Positions 14,185 to 20,000 of a DNA stretch of 20,000 nt are shown here, piece by piece. The position numbers were made by a program, and so were the translations under genes. Source of the DNA: an uncultured virus (IMG/VR IMGVR_UViG_3300030102_004953). Its lineage: Duplodnaviria; Heunggongvirae; Uroviricota; Caudoviricetes. The first letter of the stretch is position 1, and each line of letters starts with the position of its first letter. The notes under the pieces are model-generated. The model ran no database searches and was not told where the DNA came from. It saw nothing but the letters and a program-made list of their open reading frames with translations. The stretch is taken from IMG/VR virus record IMGVR_UViG_3300030102_004953, one strand, 5' to 3'.

Positions 14185-14637
14185 TCACCTACAAATTATA
14201 CCAAACACTTTAACTACATCATTACCATCTAAATCATACCAACCAGCATAAATTTCAATAGTATCACCTACCATAGCTTTAGTTGGAGCGAACATAGTAT
14301 TAAATATACCACTAGCATTACTATAACTAGCTGAATTGATTACTGGCACATCACTACCTTGAAAATCCCAAGTTGTGTTGGAACCCCAATAAACTTTTAC
14401 TCCCTCTGCAGGTACTGAATCTCCCTCTATGTCAAACCACAATGAACCTGTAAATCTATGTAACGTTTGAGTTTTACTTCTATCTATCGTTATACTATGG
14501 TAATTATTACTATCAGGATTACCCAACCTTAAATCTACTCTACCCTTTAATTCATATCTATCTCTATCATCAGCTAAGTTATCTTCACAACCTGTTAGTA
14601 CTAAGAATATTAAACACAACCATTTCAAATGTTTCAT
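14185..14637 (-). CDS. putative lipoprotein with beta-sandwich (Ig-like) domain
   Basis: LTGC lipobox; beta-rich body, 'SYSNASG'. Confidence 0.7.
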   Translation of the reverse strand: MKHLKWLCLIFLVLTGCEDNLADDRDRYELKGRVDLRLGNPDSNNYHSITIDRSKTQTLHRFTGSLWFDIEGDSVPAEGVKVYWGSNTTWDFQGSDVPVINSASYSNASGIFNTMFAPTKAMVGDTIEIYAGWYDLDGNDVVKVFGIICR

Positions 14638-14810
14638 TTTTTACTTTTTTCCTTTCGATAAGTAGGTGATAATGTCTTTTGTGGACCTTTCCAACCCCTA
14701 TCCGAGCCCGTCTTTTTATCTGAACCATTTTTTACTTTATGACGAGATACCTCTTCTTCCATCTGCTCTTCTACCTCATCCCAATCTTCCCAATTACGTA
14801 TATTAGGCAT
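14634..14810 (-). CDS. small charged protein, 58 aa (MPNIRNWEDWDEVEEQMEEEVSRHKVKNG...)
   Basis: translated by hand; GGAGG RBS; ATGA overlap with next gene. Confidence 0.7.
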   Translation of the reverse strand: MPNIRNWEDWDEVEEQMEEEVSRHKVKNGSDKKTGSDRGWKGPQKTLSPTYRKEKSKK

Positions 14811-14822
14811 TTTTATCCTCCA

Positions 14823-15749
14823 TTACTCGTGTACAACTGGACATTTACCGTACTTATTATCTTTTGATTTAAACAACTTATAAACACCAAAGAATTTAAG
14901 TAATTTGTGTATTAAAGTCAAGTGTTTTTTGTATTTTTTCCACTTCACTTCTGTTCTTCTCTTTTGCTTGTATATCGTGGAAAATCCACCTCTAAACTCA
15001 TCTAAGTTTAGTTTATTCCAATAATCATCTTCTCCTACCGAATATACCTTCAAATCATAACTTTGTCTCTGAAATACAATAGCCTGTACCATCGGTATTC
15101 CAGCTCTACACCAACCACTCCATCTATCGCCTGATTTCCATACCACAGGAAAATTAACTTCGTGCCACATATCTGTATGAACTAAGCCAGGTAAAACCTC
15201 AAATGGTAAATCAACATCATAGTACGATAGTGGATGAAAGAATAATGTAGATGTGCCAGGTGGTGTTTTGAACGACCAAGGTGAAATAAGCTTAACCGAT
15301 GGTAAACCTGGTGGATTACTAGCAGTTGGTGAACCCCTACCACCCATATAATGTTGTCCTTCAGGATGAATATCTGTTTGAAACCAATGAGCAGAATCAG
15401 CTGCTTTGAATTGGATATGCATCTCTCCAGCATCTTCATTTATAGTTCCCATACTTGGGTCATTGCCACCCTCTTGTCCTATTCCCCAAGCAAAATCAGC
15501 CCAATTTGGTATCATATAGGAATTACCCAATCTAAACAAATCTTGAGCAGCAGGACAAGCTTTTAGTGTCATATCGACACCTTGTACTTTATTCTTACCA
15601 AAACTAAACAAATTATTCTGATAATCTTCTGGCATCCACTTTGGCATCTTATTGAACCATTCTGGTGTTCTAACCTTGTAAGGATGTAGTCCTGCCTTAC
15701 CATATTCCTCACTACATAGGTTATTCCATCTACTATAAAATTCTATCAT
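14823..15749 (-). CDS. conserved aquatic-phage protein (DUF6065-like, tentative)
   Basis: TLKACP...KLISPW..KTPPG.S.LF.HP...LPGLVHTD..HEVNFP...AGIPMVQ pattern. Confidence 0.6.
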   Translation of the reverse strand: MIEFYSRWNNLCSEEYGKAGLHPYKVRTPEWFNKMPKWMPEDYQNNLFSFGKNKVQGVDMTLKACPAAQDLFRLGNSYMIPNWADFAWGIGQEGGNDPSMGTINEDAGEMHIQFKAADSAHWFQTDIHPEGQHYMGGRGSPTASNPPGLPSVKLISPWSFKTPPGTSTLFFHPLSYYDVDLPFEVLPGLVHTDMWHEVNFPVVWKSGDRWSGWCRAGIPMVQAIVFQRQSYDLKVYSVGEDDYWNKLNLDEFRGGFSTIYKQKRRTEVKWKKYKKHLTLIHKLLKFFGVYKLFKSKDNKYGKCPVVHE

Positions 15750-16425
15750 AATCTAACTCTTCATACTCCTTATTCTCATATTTATTCCACCACACATTTC
15801 CATCACCATCATTATAGCACCACGGTAACTTGTCAGTATTAAAAAAGAATACTTGAAACAATCTTTGCTCTGATAATGGGTCTTCCTCTCTTCCCCAATA
15901 GTCTAAACTACTATGGTAGTAAATACCCTCATATACAACACAACGATTGTAAACGTTGCCTAAGAAATCAATTTCTTCCCATTTAGTTTTATCTAACCCA
16001 TCTTTACCAAGTAAATCATCATAATCTTTTTTATTTATGTTTTTGTGATAAAAAGTCTCTAATGATGGTAGCTTATGGGTATTATAACCTTTATGTCTGA
16101 ATATCGATGTACCACCACTCAAAGGAGCGTTTGGTGTTAAATAGACAACAGCAGCACAAGCAGTAGCATCGTGATGTATCCAAGTTCTTTCATCCACATT
16201 AGCGACTTGAAATGCACCATTGTACGTGTTTTCATCATCACCTTTCCGATTCCAATTTTGAATTTTCATTCCAAGTGCTTCTTCAAATTGCTCTTTATGC
16301 TGTTCATTAGCGTATGGTTTAGTTCTTTTGCCCGGATAGTTACCATAAACACTATACGATTGATTTAAGGCAAATTCCCTAACTTCATCTGGATTCTCGT
16401 AAAAATTGTCTATTATTCTAATCAT
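15733..16425 (-). CDS. 2OG-Fe(II) oxygenase (DUF6445-like)
   Basis: IIDNFYENPDEVREFAL...YPGKRT...WIHHD...AAVVYL...GGTS...NVYNR...YHS...RLFQVFF. Confidence 0.85.
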   Translation of the reverse strand: MIRIIDNFYENPDEVREFALNQSYSVYGNYPGKRTKPYANEQHKEQFEEALGMKIQNWNRKGDDENTYNGAFQVANVDERTWIHHDATACAAVVYLTPNAPLSGGTSIFRHKGYNTHKLPSLETFYHKNINKKDYDDLLGKDGLDKTKWEEIDFLGNVYNRCVVYEGIYYHSSLDYWGREEDPLSEQRLFQVFFFNTDKLPWCYNDGDGNVWWNKYENKEYEELDYDRIL

Positions 16426-16643
16426 AACACTAATTTATAGTTTTTCATCTCTTCGTAAAACTCTTCTATAGTATATTTTTCATTGTTTTCTGATACTATT
16501 TTAATTCTTTCTAATATTGGCTCTACTTCGTTTTTAACAAGCTTTTCAAGGTGATACCACCCATCGTAAGCGTAGAATTTCTTAAATGAAACTTCTCCAA
16601 TTTGAATAACGTTATCTTCAGTTAACAATAAATAGTATATCAT
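16422..16643 (-). CDS. hypothetical protein (73 aa)
   Basis: ORF track; ATGA overlaps. Confidence 0.75.
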   Translation of the reverse strand: MIYYLLLTEDNVIQIGEVSFKKFYAYDGWYHLEKLVKNEVEPILERIKIVSENNEKYTIEEFYEEMKNYKLVL

Positions 16644-17845
16644 CGTTCACAAAATATTAAATTTTTAGAATAATCCTCAATTTTGTTTATCTTAAACTTA
16701 AATATATCTAACTCCATAGTTCCAATTTCACCACTATCTTTAATAATATCAGCTAAATTAACTATTATTTGAAAGTTCTCTTGAGTTAATTTTAAAGCAT
16801 CAAACTCCACAGTAATATCATTTGTAAACTCTGAATGATATGCGTGATGTAGTTTCTCTTTCAAATCAAACATCGTGTTAGGTTGTTCGTGTGTTATATA
16901 TGATTCTATCACACCTGTAAATTCACAATACAAATCTGAACACCACGGTTCTAATTCCATCATATGCTTGTAATCACAATTTTTAACTACAAAACCAATA
17001 TCATACTTTGGTGGAACAATAGGCATCATCATAGAATCGTGATTCACATAATGTCCCCATTTACGAATGAAGTTTCGTGTACTTCTCTGATTTTGTTTTA
17101 GCCACTCGTCCGTTTCTCTATTTTTCATAAAAACCTGTCCATCAGGATTTCTGACAGCACCATCCTTAAATCTACTACCACGGCTTGTCATATGATATAC
17201 AAATCCTTGCCAAGTTTGTATCAACTCATAACCATTCAGTAGAAATCTATTAAAGATATCTGAATCTTCCTTTGATTGCGGTGCATACAAAGGATCGTGT
17301 CCGCCTATCTCTTGAAAATCTTTTTTGTATATAGCCCACGGTGCGAATATACCACTTGTTGGTTTTTTAGTTGTATCTGTTTTATTCACGAACTCCATCA
17401 GTTTATGTTCATCAAACTCCTCTGGTTCGATACCACAATCCCAAAGTATTTTTTCAGGACCATCAGGATGTAGTGGTGGCTCTATTCTTGTAGCCGACAC
17501 TACAGTGCCAGGTATCAAGTGTTTTAGAACTTGTCTATCCATATCAGGACAAGCATACATATCAGCGTGATATATCATCACAATATCATTTGTAGCGTAC
17601 TCGTTAACTAACGTATCATATAGAATAGTGTGTCCTAACCTCTCAGGACCTTCGTTTCTGTGTATCTTAACGTTAGGGTCTTTTTTTGCTATCTCTTGCA
17701 TCCATTCCCAAGTACCATCATCTGAAAAATCATCTGCCCAACAAATCTCGTGGTAGTATCCTAAATTCTTTCTGATACTATCATACGACCACTTCAAATA
17801 TTTTAAATTACTTCTACTTGGTTGTATAAAACTAATTGCTTCCAT
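16640..17845 (-). CDS. glycosyltransferase family 2 (GT-A)
   Basis: ADDFSDDGT, HADM (DxD-like), IGGHD, EDSD motifs. Confidence 0.9.
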   Translation of the reverse strand: MEAISFIQPSRSNLKYLKWSYDSIRKNLGYYHEICWADDFSDDGTWEWMQEIAKKDPNVKIHRNEGPERLGHTILYDTLVNEYATNDIVMIYHADMYACPDMDRQVLKHLIPGTVVSATRIEPPLHPDGPEKILWDCGIEPEEFDEHKLMEFVNKTDTTKKPTSGIFAPWAIYKKDFQEIGGHDPLYAPQSKEDSDIFNRFLLNGYELIQTWQGFVYHMTSRGSRFKDGAVRNPDGQVFMKNRETDEWLKQNQRSTRNFIRKWGHYVNHDSMMMPIVPPKYDIGFVVKNCDYKHMMELEPWCSDLYCEFTGVIESYITHEQPNTMFDLKEKLHHAYHSEFTNDITVEFDALKLTQENFQIIVNLADIIKDSGEIGTMELDIFKFKINKIEDYSKNLIFCER

Positions 17846-18540
17846 TACATTACCTCATAATAACCACCAATAGTAAATGGTGTGTTTGTGTTTATGCTAT
17901 TTACTCTTTTATCTTGATGCTCTGACATCAAGTGAACTCTAAAATCAAAACTAACTCGTGTCTTACCAGTCTGATTCTCTACATTTCCGTGCATTCTATT
18001 CATTCCATCCCACTCCCAACAATCTCCGTAGTAACTATCTAAAGAAAATAATGGATTATCTGGTGATGTCAACATATTATCAGAATTATTATGCTCTCTA
18101 AAAGTTTGTTGTATTTTCTCTATCCAAACAGTAGAACTTCCAACTGCATCAGTTAGTGGAACATAATAATTTAGTTCTGGCATCCAGTCATTCTCTCTGT
18201 AATCCTTATCTTTATGCCACTCACCAACACCAACATTATTCGGAAATTGAACTCGTAAAGTCGGAATACTCTGAAAAACTATCTCTTGTCCTTTATATCT
18301 AACTTCTTTTATTACATAACTTACAAAGGACTTATAAAGTTGTTTCCACTCATCAGAACTTCTGACATTATTGTAAAATATTTCGTGCCACTTGGTTTTC
18401 TGGTCAGTTTTTCTTTCAAACACTTCATACGTTTCTTCTTCGTGTAGTAAGTGTAACTCTTTACCAAACCATTTTGTAACGATTTCTTTTAATGGAAAAT
18501 CTTCTATGTTGTATGTAAATAATTCCAATTTTCTTTCCAA
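17845..18540 (-). CDS. 2OG-Fe(II) dioxygenase (StrG/PhyH-like)
   Basis: FQSIPTLRV...WHKD...ELNYYVPLT...HGN..N.TGKTRVSFDFR. Confidence 0.8.
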   Translation of the reverse strand: MERKLELFTYNIEDFPLKEIVTKWFGKELHLLHEEETYEVFERKTDQKTKWHEIFYNNVRSSDEWKQLYKSFVSYVIKEVRYKGQEIVFQSIPTLRVQFPNNVGVGEWHKDKDYRENDWMPELNYYVPLTDAVGSSTVWIEKIQQTFREHNNSDNMLTSPDNPLFSLDSYYGDCWEWDGMNRMHGNVENQTGKTRVSFDFRVHLMSEHQDKRVNSINTNTPFTIGGYYEVM

Positions 18541-19418
18541 GCTTTTTCTGTATAAAGTTCATTAAATCTGTTTTTTGCAGTTTTACTACACTCATCATAA
18601 AAATCCTTATCATCTCTCAACTTAACTGCAATCTCTATTGCTTTCTCTAAATCAGCTACGTTAACTGAAGTTAGTGGATGTAAAAACTCTTGAGTATCTA
18701 AACCATAATATCCAATACAAGGTATTCCGTGAAATGCACAATTCATAGCAAATGTTCCAGCAGCGTGTGTTCTCATCAAGTGAATACCTATATTATATTG
18801 TGATAGATTATCAATCCATTCTCTCCAAGACATATATGGTAAATAATTTATATCTTCTATCGCATCTTCTTGTGATTGTTTTCTTCCCATTGATGGTGAT
18901 GTTATTGGTTTTCCAATCTCTCTTGCAACCATATATGAATCAAATCCACCATACCAACTCACAAAGTTACCACCAATCATAGTTCCATCACCCGATTCAC
19001 TTCTTGGCGTTAATCCCTCAGGTATCATCAAACTTCTCATTACCCTTACATCTTTACATCCTAAACCTTTGTAGTATTGTACATCTGATGTATTATGACA
19101 ATAAACCCAATCTGCGCTCATCAACGTATTATAGTAATGAAATTGTTCCTCTATAGTATAGTCTTGAAAGTACCAATGAGGACCTTCTTGCATTATTGCA
19201 ACCTTATCACAACACTTTCTTATAAAATCTAAATCAACTCTTGGGCGTTCTTTTGGTACTATCACAATACCCAAGTCAAATTGTTCATTAGGTAAAATAC
19301 CTAAACTACACATCGGAGCATCTAATGCCAAACACCAAGCCACCTCTGTGCGAGCATTTGGAAAATCTCTTGGGTATTTTCGATTATTACCTGTCTCTGA
19401 AAAGAATGCTACTTTCAT
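18504..19418 (-). CDS. glycosyltransferase (GT-B / GT4-like)
   Basis: MKVAFFS start; ADWVYCHN; YLPYM...AGTFAMNCAFHGIPCIG. Confidence 0.7.
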   Translation of the reverse strand: MKVAFFSETGNNRKYPRDFPNARTEVAWCLALDAPMCSLGILPNEQFDLGIVIVPKERPRVDLDFIRKCCDKVAIMQEGPHWYFQDYTIEEQFHYYNTLMSADWVYCHNTSDVQYYKGLGCKDVRVMRSLMIPEGLTPRSESGDGTMIGGNFVSWYGGFDSYMVAREIGKPITSPSMGRKQSQEDAIEDINYLPYMSWREWIDNLSQYNIGIHLMRTHAAGTFAMNCAFHGIPCIGYYGLDTQEFLHPLTSVNVADLEKAIEIAVKLRDDKDFYDECSKTAKNRFNELYTEKAWKENWNYLHTT

Positions 19419-19819
19419 TATGCTGTTACTCTCAAATATTCTTGTAATACTAAATCTCTTGGTTTCACGTTACGATTTCTAAGTTGAAATATCTCCCACG
19501 AATCTTTTGCATATTCTCCTATACCATACAATTCAGTAACATCGTTGAATCCATTTACATAACCCTCACTCATCTTTACCAAACGTTCAGCTCTTGTATT
19601 GTATAATCCTAATGGTTTGATTATATCCACTAAATCTGAATGTTCAGCTTCCATCATATCCTCAGGCGTAGGGTATTTACTGAATAATTCATTTCTCACA
19701 GTGTCCACCTGCTTTCTATTAGTTAAGTTAACTAACATACAACACACTAACATCTTCCAACCATCATCTTGATATATCTCTTGTAGTAATGGTCTTATAA
19801 TGTCTCTAATCTTCTCCAT
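19418..19819 (-). CDS. HhH-GPD DNA glycosylase, MBD4-like
   Basis: W.MLVCCMLVNLT...KYPTPE...IKPLGLYN.RA...LYGIGEYAKDSWEIF...P.D. Confidence 0.85.
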   Translation of the reverse strand: MEKIRDIIRPLLQEIYQDDGWKMLVCCMLVNLTNRKQVDTVRNELFSKYPTPEDMMEAEHSDLVDIIKPLGLYNTRAERLVKMSEGYVNGFNDVTELYGIGEYAKDSWEIFQLRNRNVKPRDLVLQEYLRVTA

Positions 19820-20000
19820 CTTTGTAACTCCTAACTGATTTGATGTATTTAGAAATAATGTAAAGACTGGCAGCTATAAAAATCCAACCATCGCCTATTA
19901 TAACTTTCCAATCCATTATTTAGCTCCTATTAGATATGGTATACATAGACCTATTATTAATAATAAGGTAATGTAACCAATCGTCATTAATATATCTTTA

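Noticed and set aside
14823..14850. C-terminal GKCPVVH as a heme-regulatory motif
   Set aside because: Too short to support without homologue data
1778..18982. Plus-strand ORFs in the track (1778, 3885, 4596, 5390, 6599, 9799, 15351, 16171, 17276, 17325, 18752) and nested minus ORFs 8107-8295 and 15182-15439
   Set aside because: Antisense or out-of-frame shadows of better-supported genes; no RBS or recognisable motifs
1..20000. Stop-codon reassignment or suppressor tRNA
   Set aside because: Genes are full length and tightly coupled under code 11, all three stops are used, and no CTA/TCA/TTA anticodon tRNA was seen

Overview
AT-rich window that looks like part of a large (probably jumbo) bacteriophage genome, read in the standard genetic code. 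Essentially all credible genes lie on the minus strand. Coding content: five 2OG-Fe(II) oxygenases, two glycosyltransferases, a sulfotransferase, an MBD4-like HhH-GPD glycosylase, a PvuII-like nuclease, a ParB-like protein, a degenerate HNH protein, lipoproteins and many small ORFs, several behind a repeated sigma70-like promoter cassette. The most interesting parts are non-coding. (1) 2600-3390 holds tRNA-Ala, tRNA-Thr, tRNA-Glu, a tmRNA whose tag frame is 39 codons long, and a small two-hairpin RNA displaying an anti-Shine-Dalgarno loop. (2) 10532-11093 is a promoter-driven cluster of tRNA mimics: a 121-nt RNA with tRNA acceptor and T-arm plus a K-turn and two complementary (kissing) loops, a multi-hairpin middle domain, a 46-nt T-loop minihelix, and a non-canonical tRNA-Gly. 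(3) 11050-12000 is a hub of opposed promoters followed by a gene-free, skew-reversed, hairpin-rich stretch. All RNA structures were derived by eye. Protein family calls come from motif recall, not database searches.
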